This document shows, in pieces, positions 1 to 10,644 of a DNA stretch of 47,756 nucleotides; within the stretch, counting starts at the first letter, position 1; the number at the start of each line of letters is the position of its first letter. Source of the stretch: Promethearchaeota archaeon (lineage in GTDB: Archaea; Asgardarchaeota; Lokiarchaeia; Sigyniarchaeales; SOKP01). The notes below the pieces were generated by a model, which worked only from the letters and a program-made list of their open reading frames with translations, was not told the origin of the DNA and made no database searches. Where the stretch lies: the NCBI GenBank assembly GCA_048941015.1, contig JBHLNZ010000019.1:1-47756 (forward strand), read 5' to 3'. The position numbers were made by a program, and so were the translations under genes.

Positions 1-141
1 GTTTTTATTTAATAAACTCTAATAAGACTATTTTTCCCGTTTTAAAAAATTTTGATAGCTTTATCATTCTTAATATAGTTTTTTTCCAGTTTGGATTTAA
101 GCCAATCTTTTAATTTTATTGTTTTTAACCACTTTAGAAAT

Positions 142-654
142 TTAAGATTTACCAGTGGAGCCAAAACCGCCTAAACCTCTTTCTGAATCTGGCAATTCAT
201 CCATTTCAATAGCTTTATAATCGTGTAACTTTCCTAATATTATTTGACAAATCCTGTCTCCTTTTCTTAATGTAACATTATTATTTGATAAGTTAACCAC
301 AATTGCCATCCACTCGTTTCGATAGCCAGAATCTATTGTCCCAGGAGAATTTACAATAGAAATACCATCCCATAATGCTAATCCGCTCCGAGGTACCACT
401 TTAAAATAATAACCTTTTGGTATCGCTGTAGCAAAACCTAACGGACATCCTATTCTTTCTAATGGCTTTAGAATATATGTATCAGATTCTATTTCAATTA
501 ATTCTTTTTTATTATCCTTCTTTACTATCTTTTTAAAACCTATAATTCGGGCATCAGCGCCCGCATCTCCTGATTTCAATGGATGAGGGATTTCCGCACC
601 TTTCCTTACTTTTTTGAAAGGAATTTCTAATTTAAATGGCTTCTTACTGGTCAT
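142..654 (-). CDS. dut: dUTP diphosphatase (trimeric dUTPase)
   Basis: Motifs AGAD, PRSGLA, GTIDSGYR, RICQ and C-terminal RGLGGFGSTG. Confidence 0.95.
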   Translation of the reverse strand: MTSKKPFKLEIPFKKVRKGAEIPHPLKSGDAGADARIIGFKKIVKKDNKKELIEIESDTYILKPLERIGCPLGFATAIPKGYYFKVVPRSGLALWDGISIVNSPGTIDSGYRNEWMAIVVNLSNNNVTLRKGDRICQIILGKLHDYKAIEMDELPDSERGLGGFGSTGKS

Positions 655-810
655 AGTTCATCATATTTAATTATTTGAGAATATAAAAAACAATTTTTAT
701 TAAAGATTAATTAATTATGAAAAGAACAAATATTATAATTTCATATTAAATTAAAAACAATATCTTAATACTAATAATTTAAATGATTTATCCATATGTG
801 AAGAAATGAT

Positions 811-1266
811 ATGATTGTTATTGACAGATATGACCCAAGAGTCGATAGAGATGCTCTTAAAGAAATTTTTGAAGATTTTATTAAAAATAAAGCCTATTTT
901 TTTTCACATTGGCAAAAGTTCGAGCAAGAATTAAATAAAAGAGTTTTAGATCTTCAATATCGAAATTCTATGGTGGTAGCAAAAGAGGATGGAAAAATTG
1001 TAGGCTGGGGGACTTACACTTTATTTAAGGATTACTTAGGAAATGATAGAGCAATTATCCATCAAATTTTAACTAAAAAAGAAGATTCTTATAAAAAAGG
1101 CATTGAGGAGAAACTAATACGAGAATTACAACTATATATTAAACGGACTTTAAAATTAGATAAAGCTTATTTAATATGTCCGGATTCTGATGGAGCCTTA
1201 CGGAGTGTTTTCATGAAAATAGGAGCAAAAAAGTCTAAATATATTTGGTATGACAATGAAATTTAA
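811..1266 (+). CDS. GNAT-fold acetyltransferase-like protein
   Basis: VVAKEDGKIVGW strand, degenerate motif A (YKKGIEEKLI), C-terminal F-x-K-x-G. Confidence 0.6.
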   Translation: MIVIDRYDPRVDRDALKEIFEDFIKNKAYFFSHWQKFEQELNKRVLDLQYRNSMVVAKEDGKIVGWGTYTLFKDYLGNDRAIIHQILTKKEDSYKKGIEEKLIRELQLYIKRTLKLDKAYLICPDSDGALRSVFMKIGAKKSKYIWYDNEI

Positions 1267-1337
1267 TGATATAGGATTGCTTTTTAAAAAGTTTAACAGG
1301 TTTAGCATATGATTTTTATAAACTGCTAATCCAGATT

Positions 1338-1442
1338 TTAACTCTTTATTAGCTTGTTATGAATAATACAACAAATAATTATTATTATTAAAGTTATAAT
1401 CCCCGCAAGAATATAACCCCCAAATGTCTCTATAAATTCCAT
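1338..1442 (-). CDS. Putative 34-aa single-pass membrane microprotein (MEFIETFGGYILAGIITLIIIIICCIIHNKLIKS)
   Basis: ATG to TAA ORF read by hand in an otherwise empty 520-bp gap; one hydrophobic helix followed by CC and a basic tail. Confidence 0.4.
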   Translation of the reverse strand: MEFIETFGGYILAGIITLIIIIICCIIHNKLIKS

Positions 1443-1787
1443 GAGATTATATATTGAATAAAGTAAGAATTAATTTAATCCTAAATTAAGTAAATATTTA
1501 AAAATAACATAAATTAAATTTTAAATTCAAGATATTAAATTGGTTTATTTTATTAAATTTTGAATGAGATAAACTTAAAATGTTCATAATTTGTCAACTC
1601 TTATGAGAAATAACTTAAAGTAATATGCTATTTTCCAAAAACGGCACAAACTTTTATAATGTTATCGTAACTTCTCTCTTCTGTTTTTAAGGTTTTTAAA
1701 TTATCTTAATTTAATATTTTTTGAAATAAAGCAATTAAACTAGAATTAAAAAATAGGAAAAAAAGTTTTTTAAGGATTGGGAAACAC

Positions 1788-1994
1788 TCAGCGTTCTATT
1801 TGAAAATTAATTTGTACACGAACTCTATAAATTAATTTATCTTGATCTTCCTTTACTTTAACATCGCTTTCGATAATTTGAATATTTCTTATCCCTCGAA
1901 GGGATTTTTTAGCTTCATCATATGCTGCTTTAACAGCTTCTGCCCAATTTTTATCGCTTGTTGCAACAAGCTGAATACTTTTATATACTGGCAT
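1788..1994 (-). CDS. Dodecin family flavin/CoA-binding protein
   Basis: 68 aa, VYKSIQLVATSDKNWAEAV...A.KSLRGI...YRVRVQINF matches the dodecin pattern; GGTGA SD-like motif upstream. Confidence 0.9.
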   Translation of the reverse strand: MPVYKSIQLVATSDKNWAEAVKAAYDEAKKSLRGIRNIQIIESDVKVKEDQDKLIYRVRVQINFQIER

Positions 1995-2198
1995 TGTAAT
2001 TTCACCTATTTATTTAAATTAATTTTTTAGAATTTTTAGTAAGTCTATTTGTTATCGTTTGATATTTAAATATTTCGATAGTCTTACTAAAAAATATGAA
2101 AAAAGTCAATTCTTCTTATACTTTTTAATAGAGTCATTATTAATAGCTATTCATTCATTATAGGTACTTATAATAATTCTATTTAACGAGAGTTTGAA

Positions 2199-2819
2199 TT
2201 GAATCAACAGAAAGATCTTATAAATAAAGCTATTAAATTAAAAAACGATGAAAAATTTGAAGAGTCTTTAAAACTTTTGGAAGAACTTCATAAAAACAAT
2301 CCTAATTCTAATGATGTTAAAAAAATATTTATTGATGTGTTATTTGAGTATGGTGATTATTTAAATGATGAATGGGGTCATGATTTTGATAAGGCTGTAA
2401 AATGTTTTAAGAGGATCATTGAATTGGAACCTAATAATTATAGAGCATGGTATAACTTAGGAATTAGTTATTTTAAATTGAATAGAAATGAAGAAGCTTT
2501 AAAAGCATATAATCGAGCAATAGAAATAAAACCAGATTATATGTATTGTTATTATAATATCGGATTGCTACACGAATTTAATAAAGGAGATTTAGAGATA
2601 GCTTTATTATATTATGAAAAAGCTTTAGCCTTAAACAATAATTTCATATATGCTCTTCAAGCTTCTAAAGATGTTCGTCAAAAATTAGAATCCTTAAAGA
2701 TAAATGTGTTAGATAATAATCATTATGGCATTGATATTGAAATAGTATGCAAAAAATGCGGTAATATTAATAGATTAGGCGCTAGATTTTGCGATAAATG
2801 TGGAGAACGAACCAAGTAA
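2199..2819 (+). CDS. TPR-repeat protein with C-terminal zinc ribbon
   Basis: TPR consensus (AWYNLG.SY...EEALKAYNRAIEIKP); C-terminal CKKCG...FCDKCG; TTG start. Confidence 0.9.
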   Translation: MNQQKDLINKAIKLKNDEKFEESLKLLEELHKNNPNSNDVKKIFIDVLFEYGDYLNDEWGHDFDKAVKCFKRIIELEPNNYRAWYNLGISYFKLNRNEEALKAYNRAIEIKPDYMYCYYNIGLLHEFNKGDLEIALLYYEKALALNNNFIYALQASKDVRQKLESLKINVLDNNHYGIDIEIVCKKCGNINRLGARFCDKCGERTK

Positions 2820-2880
2820 AGTATTTTTATTTATAATTTAAGTCAAATATAAAAAAGAAAAAAGAACTTTATAATTATTT

Positions 2881-4182
2881 TCAGGCATCTAAATTTTCAA
2901 TCAAGATAGCAATGCCTTGTCCTCCACCGATACAGGCATTAGCGATGCCATATTTGCCCTTCTTATCCTTTAGTATTCTTGCTAAAGTCCCCGTGAGTCT
3001 TATCATTGTGGCTCCTAATGGATGACCAATTGCTGTTGATCCTCCCATAATATTAACTTTTTCTTCAGGTATTTTAAGTGCTCGCATACAGTTTAAAGCT
3101 ACAACACAAAAAGCTTCATTAATTTCCCAATAATCAATATCATCGGCAGTTAAACCAGCATGCTTTAGAGCCATTTGAGAAGCTGGTACTGGTCCTCGCC
3201 CCATCACTGTTGGATCTACCCCTGCCCAACCGAGAGAAACGATCCTTGCCATCGGCTGTATACCTCTTTTCTCTGCCTCTTCAGCTTCCATCAGAACAGC
3301 TGCTGTTGCTCCAGCATTTAATGGAGATGAGTTTCCCGGCGTAATCACTCCTTGTTTTGTTCCTTCTCGTTGTTCATATCCCTGTCTGCCTCCTAAATCT
3401 TCACCGTATATATTCTGTTTTAGAAAAAACGGATTCGATATTCTTGGTAAAGTTGCTACTTTTTCTAAAGTAGACTTTCTTGGTGCTTGATCAGCATCAA
3501 TCATGATGCGTTCTTCTACATTTCCCTCACTATGACCTTCGATTGGAATAATCTCGCCTTTAAACCACCCTCCTTCTTGATTTGCAACTGTTAAATTATG
3601 ACTTCTAACTCCAAATTTATCTAAATCTTCTTTTGTGAAATAAGGGCTTTCTTGTTCATATAATTTTTGTGCAGTTTGTAGCATATTAATAGTTGTTATT
3701 AAATCATATTGAGGCCTGTACCATTTGTCTTTTTTACTCGCCATCCCTAAATTCGGACGAATCCAATCATTATTCATAGGGATTCGGGTCATATGTTCCA
3801 CACCCATTCCCAGAGCACATTTAGTATAGCCCGACATAATTTCCATAGCTAAGAATTGTAAACCTGCTCCCGCTGAACCACATTGCTTATCTACAAAGAA
3901 AGCTGAAGTTTCAACTGGAAATTCCGCCATGAATAGTGGTAATCTTCCCCCATAGGTCCAACACTCATATACACCCATCGCAGTACCAATAGAAGCTTCT
4001 TGAATGTCTTTTCTTTCTATTCCTTTATCAGCTAATTTTTCATCAAAGAATTTCATTAATAATTGAGCAACTAATTCATCTCCTCTTTGATCTCCAAATA
4101 CATCTCTTTCAGGTTGTTTAGGTCTTGAACGAGAGAAAGCAGTTCTCGCATAATCAACTAACCATACTTCTTTTAAATCCAT
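2881..4182 (-). CDS. Acetyl-CoA C-acyltransferase (thiolase)
   Basis: KQCGS nucleophile, EINEAF, GHPLGAT, CIGGGQG motifs. Confidence 0.95.
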   Translation of the reverse strand: MDLKEVWLVDYARTAFSRSRPKQPERDVFGDQRGDELVAQLLMKFFDEKLADKGIERKDIQEASIGTAMGVYECWTYGGRLPLFMAEFPVETSAFFVDKQCGSAGAGLQFLAMEIMSGYTKCALGMGVEHMTRIPMNNDWIRPNLGMASKKDKWYRPQYDLITTINMLQTAQKLYEQESPYFTKEDLDKFGVRSHNLTVANQEGGWFKGEIIPIEGHSEGNVEERIMIDADQAPRKSTLEKVATLPRISNPFFLKQNIYGEDLGGRQGYEQREGTKQGVITPGNSSPLNAGATAAVLMEAEEAEKRGIQPMARIVSLGWAGVDPTVMGRGPVPASQMALKHAGLTADDIDYWEINEAFCVVALNCMRALKIPEEKVNIMGGSTAIGHPLGATMIRLTGTLARILKDKKGKYGIANACIGGGQGIAILIENLDA

Positions 4183-4400
4183 TTTTAAGTATCCCTTTTA
4201 TTTTAAAATAATTTTAATTTTCTTTTTAATGGTAAATTATGAAATTTAAAAATTATATTAAACTTTTTGATAATTGAATTATCTAATTGAAAATGATAGT
4301 AATCAAAGGGAAAAAATTTTTAATCAATTTAATAAAAAAATACAATTAATATTAAGAAACTACTAGAATTATTTTTATTTCTTAAAATTTTAGATTAAGT

Positions 4401-4823
4401 ATGTCTAAGGCAAATTTACTTAATAGTGATAGCCCTTTAGTCTCAATAATAGCAGGTAGCAATTCAGATCAAGAAATATATGAAAAAACAGAGAAAGTAC
4501 TTAAAGAGTATAATATAAAATATGACCTTCAAATTATTTCTGCTCATCGAGATCCTGAGAAACTGGATAATTATATTAAAAACTGTAAATCATTGGTATA
4601 TATTGCTGTTGCAGGATTATCAGCTGCTTTACCAGGCGTAATAGCTTCAAAAACCGAAAAACCTGTAATTGGAGTACCTGTTAATGTAAAACTCGGAGGC
4701 TTAGATGCGTTATTATCCATAGTACAAATGCCACCTAGAGTCCCTGTAGCCTGTGTAGGGATTGATAGAGGGGAAAATGCTGCATATTTAGCTATTAGAA
4801 TTCTAAATCTAATAAAAACTTGA
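4401..4823 (+). CDS. purE: N5-CAIR mutase / AIR carboxylase PurE
   Basis: [40 protein letters not shown] motifs. Confidence 0.95.
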   Translation: MSKANLLNSDSPLVSIIAGSNSDQEIYEKTEKVLKEYNIKYDLQIISAHRDPEKLDNYIKNCKSLVYIAVAGLSAALPGVIASKTEKPVIGVPVNVKLGGLDALLSIVQMPPRVPVACVGIDRGENAAYLAIRILNLIKT

Positions 4824-4837
4824 GAGAGATAAAAAAA

Positions 4838-5548
4838 ATGTCAAAAGAATTAATAGAACTGGGTAAAAAGAATGCAGCAATAAAAGCAGTGGAAGACAAT
4901 ATTAAAAGAGATATGGTTATAGGTATTGGAAGTGGTTCAACGGTTGTTTATGCAGTAAAAAAGATTGCTGAAATGAATAAAGAAAGAGATTTAGGATTAA
5001 AATGCATTCCAAGTTCCTTTCAATCTTATCAACTTATAATAGAAAATGGATTAAATTTAGTAACATTAAATCAATATCCTGATATAGATTTGGATATTGA
5101 TGGTGCTGATGAAATTGATGAAGATTTAAACCTTATAAAAGGAGGAGGCGGGTGTCATGTTCAAGAAAAAATCATTGCCTCCAACTCTAAAAAAGTAATA
5201 ATTATAGCCGATTTTCGTAAGAGATCAAAAAAGTTAGGGCAGAATTGGAAAAAAGGGGTTCCTATTGAAGTAATTCCAATAGCTTATACTTCTGTTATGA
5301 ACAAGTTAAAGCAATTGAAAGGCAATCCAAAATTACGGATGGCTCAAGCAAAAGTAGGACCGCTTATAACTGATAATGGAAATTTTATTATTGATGTAGA
5401 TTTTGGAAAGATCGATAATCCCTCTGAATTAAATAACAAGTTGATAAATATTCAAGGGTTAGTCGATACAGGATTGTTTATAGGATTGGTTTCAAAAGTT
5501 TATATTGGTATGGATGATGGAAGTGTACTTATTCTTGAAAATAAATAA
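4838..5548 (+). CDS. rpiA: Ribose-5-phosphate isomerase A
   Basis: GIGSGST, DGADE, IKGGGG, EKII, TDNGN motifs; ATG at 4838 is a likelier start than GTG/TTG-type 4820. Confidence 0.95.
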   Translation: MSKELIELGKKNAAIKAVEDNIKRDMVIGIGSGSTVVYAVKKIAEMNKERDLGLKCIPSSFQSYQLIIENGLNLVTLNQYPDIDLDIDGADEIDEDLNLIKGGGGCHVQEKIIASNSKKVIIIADFRKRSKKLGQNWKKGVPIEVIPIAYTSVMNKLKQLKGNPKLRMAQAKVGPLITDNGNFIIDVDFGKIDNPSELNNKLINIQGLVDTGLFIGLVSKVYIGMDDGSVLILENK

Positions 5549-5598
5549 TTATTTATTTAAAAAATTATAAAAAAGAAGGAAAAAATAGATTATAATTC

Positions 5599-8500
5599 TT
5601 ATTCTTCAAAATTTAGAGATTTTCCGCAATTTGGGCAAAAATTTCGAGGGATGTTAAGTTGAAATCCACAATAAGGACAATAACTTATTGTACGAGCTTG
5701 TTCCCAAACTTTTTCGGGATATGTATCATAATACTGAGATTGAATATATTCTGTTTCTTTAATCTTTTTTGATCTTCTCCTAAATAAGAGAATTACGATG
5801 GCTATACCAATCGCAGATATCACGCCAATAATTGCTAGAATTAAAATCCAATTAACTGATCTATTAATTTGCAGTATTATATAGAAATCTTGAAAGCCTC
5901 CATCGCTATCTAAAGCTGTTATTATAAGAAGCCCAATATATCCCCGATTATTAGTATTATCATAATTTGTATATGATGGAATTGATAGTGTACCTGTGAT
6001 TGAAGAGTATGAGATCATTTTCGGAATATTAAAAATTCCTTTATGAATATCATTAACAATTTGATAATCTAATTCTAGAGCTGGAACTGTTTTCGGGATA
6101 ATTGGATTCACATAATCGTAGTTAATAGAACAGATAAAGAGACTTATCAAAACACGCATCTCGGATCCATCACTATCTTCATATAGTACTGAATCTAAAA
6201 CTTGAACTTCAAAAGATAAATCGCTTCCTTGGGAAACAGGAATTACATATAGATTATCCTCTAAATCATGTGTTTCTTCAAATGTATAACTTTCTGAGCC
6301 AATTGTAAGAATAGAATTTTGTTCATTGATTATTGGATCATGATTAATAATCTCAGAAATTAATCTTGGTGATTTGGAATTATAATATTTTGTACTAGGA
6401 TCTGTCGGAATAATGTATATGATGCCAAATCCTGATGGATCATTAGTATCGGGGTAATAACTTCCTGTTGGGTTAAATCCTGATGGTAATGAAATAGTTT
6501 TATTAATACTTTTTTTATTACTAAAGAAAGAGTACGAATGGAGCGAAAGAAAAGCTTCAGTATCGTATCCATTATCGTTAAGGTTAGTGTTAATATTTAA
6601 TGAGTCAAAACCAGTCCTAGTAACATTTTTAGAGATTGTAAAAGAATTAATCATTGGCATCTCTGTGTTGTCAAAAAACAAAACTTTTGAGGTTTTATTG
6701 TAAGTAATCGACCCGTAAGTAAAGTTTACTCTAATATTATAGGGTGTAGAACTAGTATAAGGTAATGAATAGGTAAAATTTGAACTAATTCCATCTATAA
6801 TTGATATCATATCAATCGATTCAGAATATGTGCTATTCTCAATTGAAACATTCAAGAATGAATTGAGAATGGTTGAATTAATAGCCTTGTCTAATATTTG
6901 ATCCTTTACGTAAACTGAAATGTTCAATTCAGAAATCGATGTTCTTTCATTCTTCAATCCTATGTTAATAGAAACGTTGCTTTGATAAAGAAAGTAGCTT
7001 AATATGTTATTTAATAAAACATTATGATCTGGATATGAATTTAAATAGTAACTTGTTAACCAATGTAAGTCTCCAAAAGCTAGAATTCGTCCTTTTGAAG
7101 GGTCTTCAACGGAACCATCATGCAATGCAGCTATTGTTTTTCCATCTAATTGAGCAATAGATTCAGTGGTTCCTTGGGTGTTAAAAGTAGAGCCAAAAAG
7201 CCATTTATATTTATTCACTCCGTTAAATATAGAGTTTGAATTAAGATCTGATACATCTTTGGGTATGATACTCGCACCAAATCCCATCCAAACTTCATTA
7301 TATATATTCTCTTCATTTATAGTAATATTTGCTTCAAGTTCCGCAAATAAAGCATTAATGTTATCAATACACAGATCTTGGTATCTTGTTCCGAGAAATA
7401 AGATATTTCCTCCATCATTATAATAATTCTTTAGATTATTTATCTCTATAGGACTGTATGGTAATATAGGAGTCTGCAATATAACTAAATCATATTGAGC
7501 TAATCGTTCTTCTGTTAATAGTGAATTATTAATATTCTTATTATAATTAGAGCTCCAATATTCAGCACAATAATCAATTGAAATATTCAGGTTAGTAATT
7601 TCTTTCATTGCATCATAAAAATCCACTTGATAAAAAGAATATTCTGGAAACCAGTCATTTAGTCCATGATAAGAATCCATTAAAATGTTATATTCTGGAA
7701 GTTTTACATCAATAGAAATATCAATCTTATCAATTAGAGTTGTGTCTTGTGTTAGATTTAGCTGAAAATTCCTAATCCTTGGTTCTGCATCACTATTTAT
7801 TTCAATTTCCAAATTTACAAATTCGATTCCTGCATCAGAAAAACTTATTTCTGATTTATCTAGTGAAATCGAAAGTCCATCTACATTATTTGGAATGCTA
7901 ATATTGTAATCGTTCATTTCTCCGGAAATGATTGTTAAATTAAAAGATTGATGGTCTCCTGGAAAATTTAATAGATCGAATGGTTTTACTGGCAGATCAT
8001 AAGGCAGTATCTTGGCAGTATCATTAACATTACCATAAGTTGTATTTAAATCATTTAGAAAATCTAAAGATGCTGAAACATTTATTATTCCTGCTCCGGA
8101 TTTAAGGAATTCATCTTCGGAAGATAACACCATCGCTCCTTCTAGTAAAGCGATTCTAGCAGCTTCGGGACTAAGAAGAGGATATGCTTGTTTTAATATT
8201 GCTAATGCTCCAGCAACCATCGGACAAGACATACTAGTACCACTTAAGGGGATATAATCAGCATCACCTATAAAATCGAAATAATCCCCTAAAAGGGTCA
8301 TTCTATCTGAAATTACAGAACCTGGTGCTTCTGTAGAGATTATTCTAACCCCAGGGGCTACAACATCGGGATACCCAATATAGGTCATAGTAGGGCCCCA
8401 ACTACTAAAAGAAGCTAAATTATTATATCTATCAGTAGCGCCTACAGCTATTACATCGACTCCGGCAGCTGGTGAACCTCCAGTGAAATATCCAGTTCCA

Positions 8501-9546
8501 GAATTTCCTGCTGAAGATACACAGATAATACCGTGATCGGTAGCATTTGAGAGAGCTGCTGTAATAGGGTCATAAACATTTGGAACGTCATCACCAAAAC
8601 TCATTGAAATGATATCAGGTTTAGCAGTTTCGATGCACCACTCAATAGCCAATATTATATCTTCTTCTTCTAAGCCACCTGTTGTATGTCCTGCTTTCGC
8701 ATTTATTAAAGATACTCCTGGAGCGACACCACGATACTCTCCATTTGAACCTTCTCCAGAAGAACCTATTATCCCTGCGACATGAGTACCATGTCCATTT
8801 CCATCATAAATATCATTAGGATTTCTTTGTTCTTCATCTTCATCATATACGAAATTGCGATTAGAAATTACATTTAAATCAGGATGATCATATATACCGG
8901 AATCAATTACAGCAACTTTAACTCCGGTGCCGTCGTATGCAAGATCATTAGCTCCAATAGCCGAAAGCCACCAATTGGGATATTGAGCAGGATCTAATTC
9001 ACTCGTTTTAGGAATCTCATCAATAAAAGCGGGAGTTTGATATGTCTTAGATTTATAAATCTTTTGAATAGTAGCATAACTGCTAATTAATTTTGCCTTT
9101 TCTAATAATTCTTGACTATTACACAGCATTGAAATTCCGGGAATAACATTATAAGTGCTAGTAATTTGATAATCTTCAAATATTGAGTCAATAATATTCA
9201 ATCTACCTTCTATTTCTACCGATTCGTCAAATAAAACTATAATTTTTATTTTTTCATTCTGTTTTTCTTTAGATAAAGAGTTTGTGTTCAGGAAATCATA
9301 TAACGGTTGATCATAAATTTGTTTTAAAACATTATTTTGTAAACTAGTTTGAAAATCATCATTATCTGATTCACTTAATGAAGCTAGAAATTCAGAGTTG
9401 ATTTTATAGTCTAAATTTTGATTAATGCCAAGCTTATCATTAAGAATGAAACTATAACTTATATTCGGAATGATTAACGAGAAAATTATGATATATCCGA
9501 GAATAAGAAGGTTATCTTTTTTAGCAAATTTTTTCATAGGTATCAA
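5599..9546 (-). CDS. Large membrane-anchored S8 (subtilisin-like) serine protease with C-terminal TM helix and zinc ribbon
   Basis: N-terminal hydrophobic segment, prodomain, catalytic VIDSG / HGTHVAG / GTSMSCP, oxyanion AGNSG; TM helix, RRRSKK, then CPYC...CPNC. Confidence 0.92.
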   Translation of the reverse strand: MIPMKKFAKKDNLLILGYIIIFSLIIPNISYSFILNDKLGINQNLDYKINSEFLASLSESDNDDFQTSLQNNVLKQIYDQPLYDFLNTNSLSKEKQNEKIKIIVLFDESVEIEGRLNIIDSIFEDYQITSTYNVIPGISMLCNSQELLEKAKLISSYATIQKIYKSKTYQTPAFIDEIPKTSELDPAQYPNWWLSAIGANDLAYDGTGVKVAVIDSGIYDHPDLNVISNRNFVYDEDEEQRNPNDIYDGNGHGTHVAGIIGSSGEGSNGEYRGVAPGVSLINAKAGHTTGGLEEEDIILAIEWCIETAKPDIISMSFGDDVPNVYDPITAALSNATDHGIICVSSAGNSGTGYFTGGSPAAGVDVIAVGATDRYNNLASFSSWGPTMTYIGYPDVVAPGVRIISTEAPGSVISDRMTLLGDYFDFIGDADYIPLSGTSMSCPMVAGALAILKQAYPLLSPEAARIALLEGAMVLSSEDEFLKSGAGIINVSASLDFLNDLNTTYGNVNDTAKILPYDLPVKPFDLLNFPGDHQSFNLTIISGEMNDYNISIPNNVDGLSISLDKSEISFSDAGIEFVNLEIEINSDAEPRIRNFQLNLTQDTTLIDKIDISIDVKLPEYNILMDSYHGLNDWFPEYSFYQVDFYDAMKEITNLNISIDYCAEYWSSNYNKNINNSLLTEERLAQYDLVILQTPILPYSPIEINNLKNYYNDGGNILFLGTRYQDLCIDNINALFAELEANITINEENIYNEVWMGFGASIIPKDVSDLNSNSIFNGVNKYKWLFGSTFNTQGTTESIAQLDGKTIAALHDGSVEDPSKGRILAFGDLHWLTSYYLNSYPDHNVLLNNILSYFLYQSNVSINIGLKNERTSISELNISVYVKDQILDKAINSTILNSFLNVSIENSTYSESIDMISIIDGISSNFTYSLPYTSSTPYNIRVNFTYGSITYNKTSKVLFFDNTEMPMINSFTISKNVTRTGFDSLNINTNLNDNGYDTEAFLSLHSYSFFSNKKSINKTISLPSGFNPTGSYYPDTNDPSGFGIIYIIPTDPSTKYYNSKSPRLISEIINHDPIINEQNSILTIGSESYTFEETHDLEDNLYVIPVSQGSDLSFEVQVLDSVLYEDSDGSEMRVLISLFICSINYDYVNPIIPKTVPALELDYQIVNDIHKGIFNIPKMISYSSITGTLSIPSYTNYDNTNNRGYIGLLIITALDSDGGFQDFYIILQINRSVNWILILAIIGVISAIGIAIVILLFRRRSKKIKETEYIQSQYYDTYPEKVWEQARTISYCPYCGFQLNIPRNFCPNCGKSLNFEE

Positions 9547-9686
9547 ATAATTATTAAGTTATTTATTTCTTGTTTTAATACTTCAAAAACCATAATTTTT
9601 TTTAAAAATTGATTATTATTAAATCTACAGCAAAAGATCTTATATTTGTCCTAAAATGCTGACTTGAATTATTAAATTATCGAAAA

Positions 9687-9758
9687 GGGGCTGTGGATTA
9701 GTGGAAGATCGTTCGCTTGGCATGCGAAAGGCCGGGGGTTCAATTCCCCCCAGCTCCA
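9687..9758 (+). tRNA. tRNA-Ala (anticodon GGC), no intron, CCA not encoded
   Basis: Acceptor GGGGCTG/CAGCTCC with G3:U70, anticodon arm TTCGC-TTGGCAT-GCGAA, T arm GGGGG-TTCAATT-CCCCC, discriminator A. Confidence 0.97.
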
Positions 9759-9863
9759 CTTAATATCACCTAGATAAATGTTGAGATAATATAGAGAGAC
9801 GTATATTATTACGTGAAATCGACGTTTCACGATCTTATTAATATATTAATATAGATTATAATC

Positions 9864-10535
9864 TTATTTTTGATTATATTCTTCAATTTTTTGGAGAATA
9901 ATAAATTTTGGATAATCAGACATAATATAAATAATATAGCGGAAGTTATGCAGATTTTTGATTGATAAATCAAATTCACTTAAGTACATAGCTGAACGGA
10001 GTATAGTATTCAAAAAAAGTATGATTATTAGAGAGATCAGATATAGAAAATAGAATTGTACTGCATAGAAATAAGAACTAATAGATATTATAATAGTTAA
10101 AAAACCAATAATCATATTTATTAGACGAATTTTTAAATCATATTCTCTAACAATAAAGCCCTTTACAATTCCAGCAATACCTGTAAGAATTATGGGATAA
10201 GCTATTAAATATATAACAATTTCTATTCCAATTGAAGGTTCTGAAAAAAATAACCAAAAAATAAAACATGTAAAAATAATCGAACCAATTCCCACCATAA
10301 TGGTTAATATTTTAGTAGATATTTTTGAATCTTTTAACTTTAAACCATATCGGATTTTCAAAATTCCATAAATTAAAGCACTAAATGTAGGATAAATTAC
10401 TATCGACATAAAGGTAATAAGAGTCAAAACAAAGGTTTCTACCATTAAACTAACAGCAAATATAATATACATAATATCATCTGCGCGCATCCTCTGCCTG
10501 AATATGATATCCTCATGAATATTTTTCATAATCAA
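9864..10535 (-). CDS. Multi-pass membrane protein (about 6 TM, DUF308/HdeD-like)
   Basis: Repeated hydrophobic helices with G-I-x-x-I-x-x-G patterns. Confidence 0.55.
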   Translation of the reverse strand: MIMKNIHEDIIFRQRMRADDIMYIIFAVSLMVETFVLTLITFMSIVIYPTFSALIYGILKIRYGLKLKDSKISTKILTIMVGIGSIIFTCFIFWLFFSEPSIGIEIVIYLIAYPIILTGIAGIVKGFIVREYDLKIRLINMIIGFLTIIISISSYFYAVQFYFLYLISLIIILFLNTILRSAMYLSEFDLSIKNLHNFRYIIYIMSDYPKFIILQKIEEYNQK

Positions 10536-10644
10536 TTTTGAAGAGACCCATATTATTTACTACAAAATAATATATAATATTGATTATTTAACTATTCTTT
10601 ATTAGAAAAAAGTTAATGCATAGAAAGATTTGGTGAATTTTTAA

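Noticed and set aside
9687-9860. tRNA-Ala as an integration site of a mobile element
   Set aside because: No duplicated tRNA 3' end and no integrase seen in the window
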